From contig CAWDML010000001.1 of assembly GCA_963803435.1 (NCBI GenBank), positions 1,152,001-1,216,000 on the forward strand: DNA of 64,000 bases, read 5' to 3'. The DNA comes from an uncultured delta proteobacterium. GTDB lineage: Bacteria; Myxococcota; Kuafuiibacteriia; Kuafuiibacteriales; Kuafuiibacteriaceae. The notes below the pieces were generated by a model, which ran no database searches, was not told the DNA's origin, and saw only the letters and a program-made list of their open reading frames with translations. Position 1 is the first letter of the stretch. Each line of letters begins with the position of its first letter. The position numbers and the translations under genes were made by a program. Positions 22,314 to 32,457 of the stretch are shown here, piece by piece.

Positions 22314-23426
22314 GGCGGATCCATCCACAACCCCACCGGCGCCGAGACCCCGTCGGGCGGCGCGTAGGGCAGCTCGATGGTGCGCCCCGCGCGCGCCGAG
22401 GCATAGGCGGCCCAGACGAATCTCGAGGACCGCGCGCCCGTCCTCGCCCGACTCCGCGGCCGAGCGGCCCTCGCGGATCGCCCGAGCGAACTCGGACATC
22501 TCCTGAGGATAGCCGTTCTGCCATAGCCACTCGTAGTCGGGGGTCGACCAACCCGGCAGGAGCTGCGCGGCCGGCTCTCCTCGAGTCGAGAACATGCGGA
22601 TGCCGTTGTCCTTCAGCAGATCGACGTCGAGCACACCCTCGTCGCCCTGGAGGTGGGCGACCGAGTTCATCCCGCCGAGCAGGGTCCAGCCGGACTCGAT
22701 CAGCGCGCTTCGTCCGTCTTCGAGCTCGAGGTGCACGATCGCGTGATCGTCGACGCCGCTCCGAGCGCGGTGACGATACGTGTTGAGATGCGCGGTCACG
22801 CGCTTCACCTTCGCCTTGCCGAACATCCAGCGGGCGTACTCGATGGAGTGGCAACCCATGTCCATCAGCGCGCCGCCTCCGGCCAGCTCGGGATCGAAGA
22901 ACCAGTCGGAGTACGGACCCTCGTGGATCTCGGTCTGCTTGATCCAGAAGACGCGGCCGATCGCACCGGAGTCGACCAGCTCCTTGGCGCGGACAAACTT
23001 GGGACAGAAGCAGAGCTCCTCCGCGTAGCCGAGGACCAGCCGCTTCCTCGCCGCCAGCGCCACGATCCGGTCGGCGTCCTCGAGGCGCGTGCAGAGCGGC
23101 TTCTCCACCACGGCGTGCTTGCCGGCGTCGAGGGCGGCCTCGGCCACCTCGGCGTGCAGACAGTTCGGGAGTCCGATGACGACCGCCTCGATGTCGGGCT
23201 CGGCCAGCATCTTCCGGTAGTCGGCGAAGTAGCGCCTGATCCCGAGAGTTCCCGCCAGCGCTTCGCCGCGGCCGGCGCGACCGCCGCGATCGCGCGGGTA
23301 GTCGGCGCACGCGATCACCTCGGCGCCCGGGACCGCGGCGATCGCCCGGGCGTGCTTGTCGCTGACCCAACCCGATCCCACGAGCCCGAAGCGCACAGGC
23401 TCGCGGAGGGCGTCAGAGGAGCGCAT
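22310..23426 (-). CDS. Gfo/Idh/MocA-family oxidoreductase; apparent +1 frameshift at ~22420
   Basis: RFGLVGSG, GKHAVVEKP, GGGALMDMGCH. Removing one base at GAATC 22418-22422 gives LEIVWAAYASARAG...MDPP* with an ATGA overlap onto the kinase. Confidence 0.83.
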
Positions 23427-24657
23427 CGATCTCTCCGCGGATCTTTTGGACCGCCTCGATGATGTCGTCGACGTCCTTCTCACCACCGAGGAGCAGCGCG
23501 TGGTGCAGCCAGATGGTTCGCTGGTAGGCGGCCTCACGGGCCACCGGCGTCACGACATGATCCGGTGTGAGCGCCTCGCCGTAGCGCTCGCGGATCACCG
23601 GGTAGTCGGCGGCCGTGAGCGGGAAGAGCTCGCCCACTCGATCCTGGATCGGGACGTAGAACGCGCCGTCCGCCGGGACGCCCTCGGCCTCGAGCGCCTC
23701 GACGAACCGATCGCGAAGGAGTCCGCCCCAGCGCGCCTGATCGTAGAGCAGCACCACCTCGTAGGCGGAGCACACGGTGATCCGCGGGTCCCGCTTCTGG
23801 AGCGTGAGCCCGAGATCCACCTCAGCGAGGCGGCGCTCGAAGTACCTCAGGTTGCGCGCCCTGCGCTCGCTCTGCTCCGGGAACCGCGCCAGCTGGGCGG
23901 AGAGCAAGGCAGCCTGCATCTCAGTGATCCGATGATTCCAACCGAACATCGGACCGTCGAAGTCGCAGTAACCGGGCTCCTTGCGCCCGCAGTTCACCAG
24001 CGCCTGACACCGCTGGGCCACGTCCTCGCTGTCCGTGGTGATGGCGCCGCCCTCGCCCGCGGTCAGGAGCTTCGACGACTGAAAGGAGAAGCTCCCGGCG
24101 TCGGCGAGCGTACCGGCGCCCCGACCGTTCCAGCGCGCACCGTGCGCGTGCGCGCAGTCCTCGACGATGCGCAGGCCGTGTTTGGCGGCGATCGCGGTCA
24201 GCTGGTCCATGTCCGCCATCGCCGAGCCCAGATGAACCGGGATGATCGCCGTGGTGCGCGGCGTGATCAGGGCCTCGACCGCGGCGGGATCGATGCAGAG
24301 CGTCTCGCGGTCGATGTCCGCGAAGACCGGCACCGCGTTCAGGTATGCGGGCGCAGCGGCGGTCGCGATCCAGGTGAGCGAGGGGACGATCACCTCGTCG
24401 CCAGCACGGATCCCGATCGCGCGGAGCGCGACCTCCAGCGAGACGGTGCCGTTGGCGGCCAGGACCACGTGGCGCGCCCCCACCCGCTCTGCCCATGCTC
24501 GCGCGAACTGCGTCGCCTCGCGGCCGGGCGCCGGGTAGCCGCCCCACTGCCCGCTCTCGAGCACGCGTCGAAGCGCCTCGAGCTCCGATGGACCGTGCTC
24601 CGGCCAGCTCGGCCACGCCTCACGCCGCACGGGATGGCCACCGAGAAGTGCGAGCAC
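23413..24657 (-). CDS. DegT/DnrJ/EryC1/StrS PLP aminotransferase (RifK/BtrR-like)
   Basis: LALLGGHPVR..WPSWP, ANGTVSLE, EDCAHAHGA, SFSFQSSKLLTAGEGG, GWNHRITEMQAALL. Confidence 0.9.
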   Translation of the reverse strand: MLALLGGHPVRREAWPSWPEHGPSELEALRRVLESGQWGGYPAPGREATQFARAWAERVGARHVVLAANGTVSLEVALRAIGIRAGDEVIVPSLTWIATAAAPAYLNAVPVFADIDRETLCIDPAAVEALITPRTTAIIPVHLGSAMADMDQLTAIAAKHGLRIVEDCAHAHGARWNGRGAGTLADAGSFSFQSSKLLTAGEGGAITTDSEDVAQRCQALVNCGRKEPGYCDFDGPMFGWNHRITEMQAALLSAQLARFPEQSERRARNLRYFERRLAEVDLGLTLQKRDPRITVCSAYEVVLLYDQARWGGLLRDRFVEALEAEGVPADGAFYVPIQDRVGELFPLTAADYPVIRERYGEALTPDHVVTPVAREAAYQRTIWLHHALLLGGEKDVDDIIEAVQKIRGEIDALL

Positions 24658-24720
24658 CGCCGGTATCCTCGATGGCGCAAGCTGCTCCGTCAACGGGCGA
24701 AGTGTGATAGTGCCGAGGGC

Positions 24721-26115
24721 ATGCGGCGCGCCGACCTGCTCTTCGCAGCGATCGCGTTCGCCTTTGCTGCAGCTTCGGTGTTCGCCTGTGTCCCGGTCGA
24801 TCGACGCCCGCCGTTCGCGCGGCCCTCGTACCGGAAGGACTTCGACGCAATCCAGCGCGCCGCCGATCGAACGCCGGTGGGGCGAGGCCCATACCACGCA
24901 GGATGGTCGCGCGTGGTGATCGACGCGCCCGCTGGAGTTCCCCTGGCGGGCTTCGAGGAGCGGGAGGGGGCCCCCAGCCAGGGCGTGCGGGATCCCGCCT
25001 GTGTCCGCGCGTTTGCGATCGAAGCGGGTGCGCGCCGCGTCGTGCTGGTGACCGCGGATCTGCTGCTGCTCGATCCGGGCGCCGCCGAGGCCGTCCGCGC
25101 CCGGTTGACCGATCGCGGGATTGATCCGACGTCGGTCTTCTTCACCGCCAGTCACACGCACTCGGGGCCGGGCGCGTACGCGAGCGGCGTCATCTGGCAG
25201 ATCGTCACCGGGACGTATGACCCGCGCGCATTCGAGGCCGTCGTGGAGGCGCACGTCGCGGCGGTGGCGGCGGCGATCGCGGATCTGGCGCCTGCGCGGA
25301 TCGGCTCGAGCTCGGAGCGCGTCGCCGGACTGACGAAGAACCGCACCGAGAAGGACGGCCCCCTCGACGAGCGCCTCTTCGTGCTCCGCTTCGAGAAGGC
25401 GGACGGTCGGGCGGCTGCGTTCTGGGCCTACGGCTGCCACGCCGTCACCAAGGTCGCGTCCAACCTCCTCCTGTCCGCGGACTATCCCGGCGAGGTGGCG
25501 GCGGCGTACGAGGGCCGCGAGCTGCAGGTGCTCGGCTTCGCGGCGGGCGGGGTCGGGAGCGCGAACCCGAGGGTCGATCGGGACGACACCTCCTGGCTGG
25601 TGGCGCCGTTGATCGCAGGGCTCCGTCGCGCGCTCGTCCGTGCGGCGGCCAACAGCCGGTCCGAGGGCACGCTCACCGCCGCGCAGGTCGACCGACCGCT
25701 GCCACCGCTCCGCTACCGTCTCACCGACGAGCTCGCCGTCTGGGACCACGCGGTCGCGCCGTTCGTCGGCGGAGACCGCGTGCGGTTCGGCGCGATCGCG
25801 ATCGGTGACACCGTCCTCCTGCACATGCCCTGCGAGCCGAGCACCGTCCTGACGCGCATCGCCCGCGCGCGCGCCCGCGAGCTCGGCATCGAGCTCGCGA
25901 TCCTTCCCTTCAATGGAACCTATCTCGGGTACGTGACACCGCGCCGCGTCTACGATCTCCCCGAAGAGAAGGGCGACGAGCTCCTCTTCTACGAGACCCA
26001 TACGATGACGTTCCTAGGCGCGTGGGGCGGCGATCTGATGATGAACCTCGGCCTCCGACTCGCGGCCGGTGTCCGGGCCCGCGCGCGCGGCGCCGCCCCG
26101 CCCGGCTTTTTCTGA
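24721..26115 (+). CDS. Neutral/alkaline ceramidase-family lipoprotein
   Basis: ASVFAC lipobox; PLAGF, DP..VRA, TASHTHSGPG, GCHA, SADYPG, YLGYV. Confidence 0.78.
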   Translation: MRRADLLFAAIAFAFAAASVFACVPVDRRPPFARPSYRKDFDAIQRAADRTPVGRGPYHAGWSRVVIDAPAGVPLAGFEEREGAPSQGVRDPACVRAFAIEAGARRVVLVTADLLLLDPGAAEAVRARLTDRGIDPTSVFFTASHTHSGPGAYASGVIWQIVTGTYDPRAFEAVVEAHVAAVAAAIADLAPARIGSSSERVAGLTKNRTEKDGPLDERLFVLRFEKADGRAAAFWAYGCHAVTKVASNLLLSADYPGEVAAAYEGRELQVLGFAAGGVGSANPRVDRDDTSWLVAPLIAGLRRALVRAAANSRSEGTLTAAQVDRPLPPLRYRLTDELAVWDHAVAPFVGGDRVRFGAIAIGDTVLLHMPCEPSTVLTRIARARARELGIELAILPFNGTYLGYVTPRRVYDLPEEKGDELLFYETHTMTFLGAWGGDLMMNLGLRLAAGVRARARGAAPPGFF

Positions 26116-26140
26116 TCGGGTAGCCTCGACTCCATTCGGA

Positions 26141-28168
26141 TCAGAGCTTGGAGATCGCTTCGCGAACGTTCGGGAACTTACGTCTGTACGCTTCTTCGAT
26201 CGCGTCGAGGATCTCGAGCTGGATCGACGGGGGGAGCGTCCGGATCTCGGAGGAAGGCGTCCCTTCACGGAGGCGTGCGGCTGCGAGCGACAGGCTGGCG
26301 AGAAGACCCGCCATGTACGCGTCAACCAGCATCCGGTCCTTGTCGCGGACGCCGTCGAAGAACGGCTGGCCCATCTTGCGGACGAAGATCCTCTTCGGGC
26401 TCTGGTCGTCGCCGGCGGGCTTGAAGATGAGCCCGATCGTACGGTGATCGGGGAGCTTGTCCTGCTTGAGCTCGTACGCGCGGACGCCGCGCATCTTTCG
26501 GCGGAGCGCCCGGATCATGAACCCTTGATCGACTTCGCCGCGCGAGGCGCAGTTGACGATGACGGCACCGTCCTTCATCCCGCGCATCATCCTCTCGTCG
26601 ACCACCCGCGGCCGGCCGACGCACGAGAAGTAGTAGTCGGTCGCGGGGCCAGGCTCGTCCTCTTGAAGGACGACCTCGAACCCGGCATCGTGGGCCGCCT
26701 TCGCGCGCTCGCCATCCTTCTCAACGACGATGACACGCCCGAAGCCTTCGCTACGGAGCGCCTCCGCCACGCTCGGCCCGACGGCGCCTCCAAACCCGAT
26801 CACCGTCGCGCTCATCTCCGAGACCGGGCGGCCCTTGTCTACGATCTGCTCCACCTCATGCGCGACGATCCACTCCCCGAGCAGGGTCGTTTCGATCAGC
26901 TTCTTCAGCGGCGCGTCGGCGAAGGCCTCACAGGCAAACCTGCGGACGGGCTCCTCCTCCAGCGCGTTGAGCCCGCTCTGCGTGAACACGACGTACGCGT
27001 TCTCGATCGAGTCGTCGTCCTGGGTCGCGCGCACCATCGCGCGCGCGGATTCATACCCCCCGCCCAGGCCCAACAGCTTGCGCCCGTGTCGCTGCGCGTG
27101 CTCCTTGCGGGAGAGATAATGGTCGACGAGGTCCTGCCGGTGCTCCTCGGGCAGCAGCAAGCTGTCGCCGAAGCCGGGATCCACGCGCCGGGCACCGCGC
27201 TCGAGCCCCGCAACCGTGATCGGAGAGGAGGACACGCCCTGCCCTTTACACGCGATGCTGGAGAGTCCGGCGCATCGAATCAATAGATCGACGAGCTGTT
27301 CGAGCGCCGGGAGCAGGTGTGTGCCGATCACGAGATCGATGTCGGCGAACGAGTCCGGCCCGAGCAGCCCGCGCGCCTCGAGGCGGCTCGCGATCGCGTT
27401 CATCGCGGGAAGGCGGCCGAGCTCGGCCTGCTGATCGTTCGAGGCTTGCACGCGGACGCCGTACAGGCGGTGCCGCCGCAGCTGATCCAGCAGCGCCTGT
27501 GCGACCTCGGGCGGGTCTCCCACCGGGTCGGAACCCAGGGTCTTCGCACCCTGGAAGACGGCCCGTGCGCTCTCGGAGAGCGAGGCGACCGCTCGCTCCA
27601 TGCTGTCGGGGCCGCCGTACCAGCTCTGGATCGAGAGGATGACGTCCCCGAGCGCCCGTCCCGTCTCGGGTGACCCCTCGCCCACGAGCGCCATGGCCTT
27701 GTTCATCTCCGGCGTCCCGTGCAGGAGCACGCGGGCGATCGGTGGCACGGCCGGGTTCACGGGCGCGGTGGTCCATGCCCGATGGATCAGGTGCTGGGCG
27801 AAGTGCGCAGCGAACCAGGTCTGATCGATCTCCTCGGGCGGGATCGGTCGGCGCGAGCGCGGAGGTGTCTCGGTGTTCCGGACGACGCGATCGACGACGA
27901 GCGCCTCACTGAATCTGTCGACGTCGTTGAGGGCTCCGTCGGCTTCGAACGCCTCCTTGAGGGCACGTTCGGTGAGCGCCATTCGCGCGACCTCGCGGGC
28001 GACCTGTCCCTGGATCTCGTCGAGGTTCTCGACTCGAAGGGCCCCGTGCGCGCTGGCGACGCGACGGATCTCGGCGAGCGCGCGCTGCATCTCGACCGGC
28101 AGCTCGTCGGCGTTCGCGAGCGCGAGGTTTCGATAGACGCCGAAGGCGCTGAGCCTCACCCGATCCAC
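26141..28168 (-). CDS. Hypothetical protein with C-terminal degenerate adenosylhomocysteinase-like/NAD-binding domain
   Basis: IGTHLLP, FTQSG, LKKLIE, VIGFGGAVG..VAEALR...VIVVEKD, MKDGAVIVNCAS follow the AHCY motif order; ~270 aa unassigned N-terminus; start uncertain. Confidence 0.6.
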   Translation of the reverse strand: MDRVRLSAFGVYRNLALANADELPVEMQRALAEIRRVASAHGALRVENLDEIQGQVAREVARMALTERALKEAFEADGALNDVDRFSEALVVDRVVRNTETPPRSRRPIPPEEIDQTWFAAHFAQHLIHRAWTTAPVNPAVPPIARVLLHGTPEMNKAMALVGEGSPETGRALGDVILSIQSWYGGPDSMERAVASLSESARAVFQGAKTLGSDPVGDPPEVAQALLDQLRRHRLYGVRVQASNDQQAELGRLPAMNAIASRLEARGLLGPDSFADIDLVIGTHLLPALEQLVDLLIRCAGLSSIACKGQGVSSSPITVAGLERGARRVDPGFGDSLLLPEEHRQDLVDHYLSRKEHAQRHGRKLLGLGGGYESARAMVRATQDDDSIENAYVVFTQSGLNALEEEPVRRFACEAFADAPLKKLIETTLLGEWIVAHEVEQIVDKGRPVSEMSATVIGFGGAVGPSVAEALRSEGFGRVIVVEKDGERAKAAHDAGFEVVLQEDEPGPATDYYFSCVGRPRVVDERMMRGMKDGAVIVNCASRGEVDQGFMIRALRRKMRGVRAYELKQDKLPDHRTIGLIFKPAGDDQSPKRIFVRKMGQPFFDGVRDKDRMLVDAYMAGLLASLSLAAARLREGTPSSEIRTLPPSIQLEILDAIEEAYRRKFPNVREAISKL

Positions 28169-28365
28169 CCTAGGTTCCGCGGGGATCCGGATCGCTTACC
28201 TCCAGCTCGTAAACGCTCCGAGAGACCGGCGACAGATGTCTCCGCCGGAAGGCCGAGCCATGCGCCGACGGCCTCGCGCTGGGTCCGAGATCGCGGGACT
28301 CCCGAGGATCCACGGTCGTCTAGCGCAGCTCGAAACGCAGCAGGGCCTCCACCGATATCGGCTCG

Positions 28366-29448
28366 ATGAGACTCAAAGAGCTCGGCGCACAGCTTCGAAC
28401 GCGGGGGGCGCTCGCCGGTGCGGCCGTCGCGATCGCAGCAGGAACCACCTCCGGCATCGTCGCCGCGGTCCACGACACGCCCGACCCCGGTCGGGCGGGC
28501 GGCCAGCGGCCGGTCGCTACGGCCCAGCGGACGCCCGGAACGGCCGCGCTGAAGTCCTCGATCAAGAGCCCGAACGCAACCGCGAAGCCGAGCACGCCGC
28601 CCGCCCAACACGGCGCGCATCGATTGGCGGGACCGACCTGCGACGCGAAGCCCAAGGTCGTTCGGGGGAGCGTGGTCTACGGATCGGATCTGTCGATGTG
28701 GAACGGTGATGCCCAGTTCCGCGCCGAGCTCGGGGACCACGCCAAGCGCTTCATCGGGATGAAGGCCACCGAGGGGCACACCTATACCGACCCAACCTTC
28801 ATGCACCGAGCGCGGCTCGCGATGCGCGCGCTCCACCACGGCGAGAAGGACGCGCTCATCTTCTATCACTACCTGAGCCCGTCGGGCGGCAGCGCGTCGC
28901 AAGCCCACGCGTTCCTGAGAGCCCTCGCGAAGGCGCACGTCATCAAACCCCAGGCGCACGGAAAGTACGAGGTTCCACCGGGCGTCATGCTCGCGGCGGA
29001 TTACGAGGGTGACGCGCTCGGCCATGACGCGCTCGCTCGGGGCTTCATCAACGAGCTCTCTCACCGCACTGGGCTGCGGATCCAGCCGGGTGGACGCATC
29101 CTCATGTACGGCTCCGTAGGGAACCTCGGAGCGTTCCACGGGCTCGATTCCAAGGCTCCGATCTGGAGCGCGCAGTACGGAAAGCCGCGCGACATGCGGT
29201 TCGTCGACCGGCGGAACGGCAGCATCTGGCAGTTCACGGACGGCAAGATCAACGCGCCCCGCGGCGCTGCGCGCAATCTCGATCTGGATCTGTTCTCGAA
29301 CGGGCGTCCTGGCTTTGCCGCCCAGGACAAGCTCCGAGCGATGGCCGGCGACGCACCGGTCTGCCAAGCCCCGGCTCCCAAGGCGCGGCTCGCGGCGGCG
29401 GACCTGCCTGGACCGCTTCGCATCCGCCTCCAGCAGCACCGCGGTTGA
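28366..29448 (+). CDS. GH25-family lysozyme/muramidase with N-terminal signal and low-complexity region
   Basis: GSDLSMWN, MKATEG..YTDPTF, FYHY, ADYE (DxE), IWSAQY, IWQFTD, LDLD. Confidence 0.8.
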   Translation: MRLKELGAQLRTRGALAGAAVAIAAGTTSGIVAAVHDTPDPGRAGGQRPVATAQRTPGTAALKSSIKSPNATAKPSTPPAQHGAHRLAGPTCDAKPKVVRGSVVYGSDLSMWNGDAQFRAELGDHAKRFIGMKATEGHTYTDPTFMHRARLAMRALHHGEKDALIFYHYLSPSGGSASQAHAFLRALAKAHVIKPQAHGKYEVPPGVMLAADYEGDALGHDALARGFINELSHRTGLRIQPGGRILMYGSVGNLGAFHGLDSKAPIWSAQYGKPRDMRFVDRRNGSIWQFTDGKINAPRGAARNLDLDLFSNGRPGFAAQDKLRAMAGDAPVCQAPAPKARLAAADLPGPLRIRLQQHRG

Positions 29449-29601
29449 GCACTGCTCCCCTCAGCGACAAATGTCCCCGGCCTCGACAGCTCGAGACGCC
29501 AGGCGGCGTCGTTCGAGACCGCCGGGAAGCCAACCACCGAGCGTTCTCGCAGGATTAGCTCCGCATGAACCGGCCCGGTCCGACGCCTCGATAACGTCGT
29601 C

Positions 29602-31131
29602 ATGAAGATGCAGCGCTCGAGCCTGGGACGCGTCCTACGCGCCGTCAAAGAGGATCCGAGAAGGCTGGCCGCGTGCGCGGCCGGGGGCGCTGTGCTCGCA
29701 GGCGCAGCGATCGCCCCGACGCTGGGCCACTCGCCTCCCCAGGCCGGACCGAGGCCCGATCTGGGCCGCAACGTCCTGACGCTCTCACCCGAATGCGCAC
29801 GCGCGCATGCGGGGGACGTCATCGAGCTGACCACGAACAACGGCCAGCGTGCGCGCGTCATCCTGCGACAGCAGGCGAAGTCGGTGAACGAGGTGGCCTC
29901 CGAGACCACGAGCGCGCCGCTCGGCCCCTCCGCGAGGAAGGCGCTCTGCGACGCTCAGGCGACGCTCCTGCCCACGATCGGGAGGGAAACCGGCAAGGTC
30001 GCAGCGGGCGCCGCCGGCGCCGAGGAGCGCGACCTGCTGCTCGACTCGCGCTCGATCGTCTCCAGCTCGAAGGTGGCGCTGGCGGCGTCGGCCGGCGCGC
30101 CCGAGGTGGGTCGCGCGGAACAGCATCGGATCGACGCGCTGATCGCGAAGATCGCCGGCGAGCGCCGGAACGATCCCAGGGCCTGGGCGCACGACGTCCA
30201 GGATCTCGCGAACGCCGCCGATGCGCTCGCCGCGGGCGCCGCACGTTTGACCGCCGAGCCGGACCAGGAGCGCCTCGATACCGGCGCGACGACCCCGGAC
30301 GGGATGAGCGCCGACGCCCAGGCGAAGATCCACGTGGAGGCCGTCGCCCAGCAGCGCGCCGCCCACGAGCGCGCCGCCTTCGACGCTGCGCTCGCCAAGA
30401 AGGCGAAGCGTACGGCGACCTCCGAGCTGAAGGCACACGTCGGTGGCTTGGTGCGCGCGATCTACGCTCCGCACACCGGTCAACACGGAGGGCGGGAGCT
30501 CGACGGTGAGATCGGGCGCGCGATCGCGCGTGCCAAGAAGCTCGCAGCAGCGCAGGCCCGGACGGGGAAGGTCGATGTCTCCGCGATCGCAAAGGCGATC
30601 GAGAAGCGTGTGCGCACCTCGCCGACCGTCCGGAAGAGCTGGGTGGACACGAACGTCGCCCGCTATTACACGCCGCAGCCGGACGCGTTCGAGTGCTCGA
30701 ACTACAGCACGTACATGGCGATGCGCGCGCTGGGTGTTCACCCGTCGATCGACCACATCCGTGAGATCACCAAGGTCAGCGCGACCGGCGGCCACGGTCT
30801 TCCGGGCGGCGGCGACTATCTGGCGGACCGGATCAACCGATCCCGCCTCCCCGTCAAGGCGACGTACGACGCGAGCGCCGATGCCAGAGCGATCCTCGCG
30901 AAGGTTCGGCAGGGCTACGTCGCGATCGTCAACGGCGCTGCGGTCGGCAGCAACGGCGGCCACTTCTTCACCATCGTCGGTGTGACCCGCGACGGGAAGG
31001 CGATCGTCGCCGACCCGTGGCAAGGAGATATCGCCTCGCTCGGATCGAGGTGGTCGCCGTCGCAGCTCGACTTCATGAGCAAGCACGGGGATCATCCTCC
31101 CGGGTTCGTGATGCTGGAGCGGCTCACGTAG
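29602..31131 (+). CDS. Secreted protein with C-terminal papain-fold C39-like peptidase domain
   Basis: YYTPQPDAFECSNYSTYMAM (Q..C), GGHFFTIVG (H), IVADPW (D); Ala-rich helical middle region. Confidence 0.72.
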   Translation: MKMQRSSLGRVLRAVKEDPRRLAACAAGGAVLAGAAIAPTLGHSPPQAGPRPDLGRNVLTLSPECARAHAGDVIELTTNNGQRARVILRQQAKSVNEVASETTSAPLGPSARKALCDAQATLLPTIGRETGKVAAGAAGAEERDLLLDSRSIVSSSKVALAASAGAPEVGRAEQHRIDALIAKIAGERRNDPRAWAHDVQDLANAADALAAGAARLTAEPDQERLDTGATTPDGMSADAQAKIHVEAVAQQRAAHERAAFDAALAKKAKRTATSELKAHVGGLVRAIYAPHTGQHGGRELDGEIGRAIARAKKLAAAQARTGKVDVSAIAKAIEKRVRTSPTVRKSWVDTNVARYYTPQPDAFECSNYSTYMAMRALGVHPSIDHIREITKVSATGGHGLPGGGDYLADRINRSRLPVKATYDASADARAILAKVRQGYVAIVNGAAVGSNGGHFFTIVGVTRDGKAIVADPWQGDIASLGSRWSPSQLDFMSKHGDHPPGFVMLERLT

Positions 31132-31159
31132 TTGGAACCGGTTCTTCCAACCGGCCCGA

Positions 31160-31460
31160 ATGCCGAGAAGACGGCGGAGCTTGCGCGGCGGTCGGCCCCG
31201 TATTCCTGATCGAGTCGTGATGGCCGGGATCGTCTATCGACTTCGCACGGGTTGTCAGTGGAAGGCGCTTCCGCGCGAGTTCAGCTCGGGTCGGGCGTGT
31301 CCCGCTCGGTTCCAGCGATACCGTTGTTCGATCACGCCGCATCACCCCTCACATCCGGCCGCGCGGCGAGCGGCCTCTGGTTGGATGCGTTCGCGGTAAG
31401 CCACGCCGCTGGGTTGTCGAGCGGACGAACGCCTGGCACAACCGATTCCGCGCACGACTC
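31160..31460 (+). pseudogene. Internally deleted IS5-family transposase remnant
   Basis: N-terminal GGRPRIPDRVVMAGIVYRLRTGCQWKALPREF joined almost directly, in another frame, to C-terminal ITPHIRPRGE...KPRRWVVERTNAWHNRFRA; most of the DDE core is missing. Confidence 0.8.
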
Positions 31461-31566
31461 CCCAGTGTGGACTGCGATCGACGGACCGCGCTACGGCAAC
31501 GGGCCGACGCAAACGTCGGCATCGCCCACGCCGAATCGCCGAAAATCTCAGGGTGAGGAGCCTGGG

Positions 31567-32337
31567 ATGCGATCTCTGAGCGACGTCGAACGGACGAGGG
31601 CCCTCCAGCTGTTCGCGAATTATCCGCTGCTCGAGCACGCGTCCGCCGCGTCGATCGAGACGATCATCAGTGAAGCCGAGATCGGGGAGGCGGAGCTGGG
31701 GACCCGGATCCTCGTGGAGGGCGAGCGGCCCTTCGCCGTCACCTTCCTGTTGGAAGGATCGGCGCGCATCTACCATGGGCTGGCGGACGGGCGGGAGTTC
31801 ACGCCGAAGATCCTCTCGGCGCCGAACCACTTCGGAGACATCGAGCTCATCTCGGGCTTCGAGGTCAACGGCCAGTCGGTGGAGCTGCTCGGGCGATCGA
31901 TCATTGCGATCGTACCCTGGTCCGCGCTCCGCCGCGTCCTGCTCGGCGATCATGCCGCGTGCGTCGGATGGCTCACCGGTCTCGCGTCGCAGTTCGTTTA
32001 TACGATCGACGCCGATCGGCACAACGTGTTCTGCGGCCTGTCCGGCCGGATCGCGAACGTGCTGCTCTCCTATGCCGACGTCTTCCGCGACGCGGCGCGC
32101 GAAGGGATCGAGGTCTGCGTCCCCTTGTCGTTGGCGCAGCTCGCCAAGCAGGTCGGGAGCGTGAAGCGCTCGATCCTTCGCGTGCTCGGTGAGTTCAAGG
32201 ACCGCGGCATCCTCCACGCGGGCGCCTCCGGTCTGGTGATCTCGCACCCGGAAGCACTGGCGAGCGAGACGCTCCCGGGCGGGTTGGGCCTCCGCCATGA
32301 GGCGCGCGGACCCGGGCTTCTCGGGCCGGGGATCTGA
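31567..32337 (+). CDS. Crp/Fnr-family transcriptional regulator
   Basis: cNMP-binding fold (FLLEGSARI, HFGDIELI); HTH LSLAQLAKQVGSVKRSILRVLGEFKDRGIL; GAGGAG RBS. Confidence 0.85.
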   Translation: MRSLSDVERTRALQLFANYPLLEHASAASIETIISEAEIGEAELGTRILVEGERPFAVTFLLEGSARIYHGLADGREFTPKILSAPNHFGDIELISGFEVNGQSVELLGRSIIAIVPWSALRRVLLGDHAACVGWLTGLASQFVYTIDADRHNVFCGLSGRIANVLLSYADVFRDAAREGIEVCVPLSLAQLAKQVGSVKRSILRVLGEFKDRGILHAGASGLVISHPEALASETLPGGLGLRHEARGPGLLGPGI

Positions 32338-32457
32338 AACCTGAGCCAGATCTCGGGTGCGTGACACCGCCACGCGCCACGTCTTCTGATCGGTCTCATT
32401 CCGCCGCACGAAGTGCTTGCGGGGAGCATCGGCACGCCCGCTGCAGCGCGGTCGGCC

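Noticed and set aside
21249-23537. Apparent 762-aa oxidoreductase-kinase fusion in the ORF track
   Set aside because: It is created by the single-base insertion at ~22420; correction gives two genes with a normal ATGA overlap.
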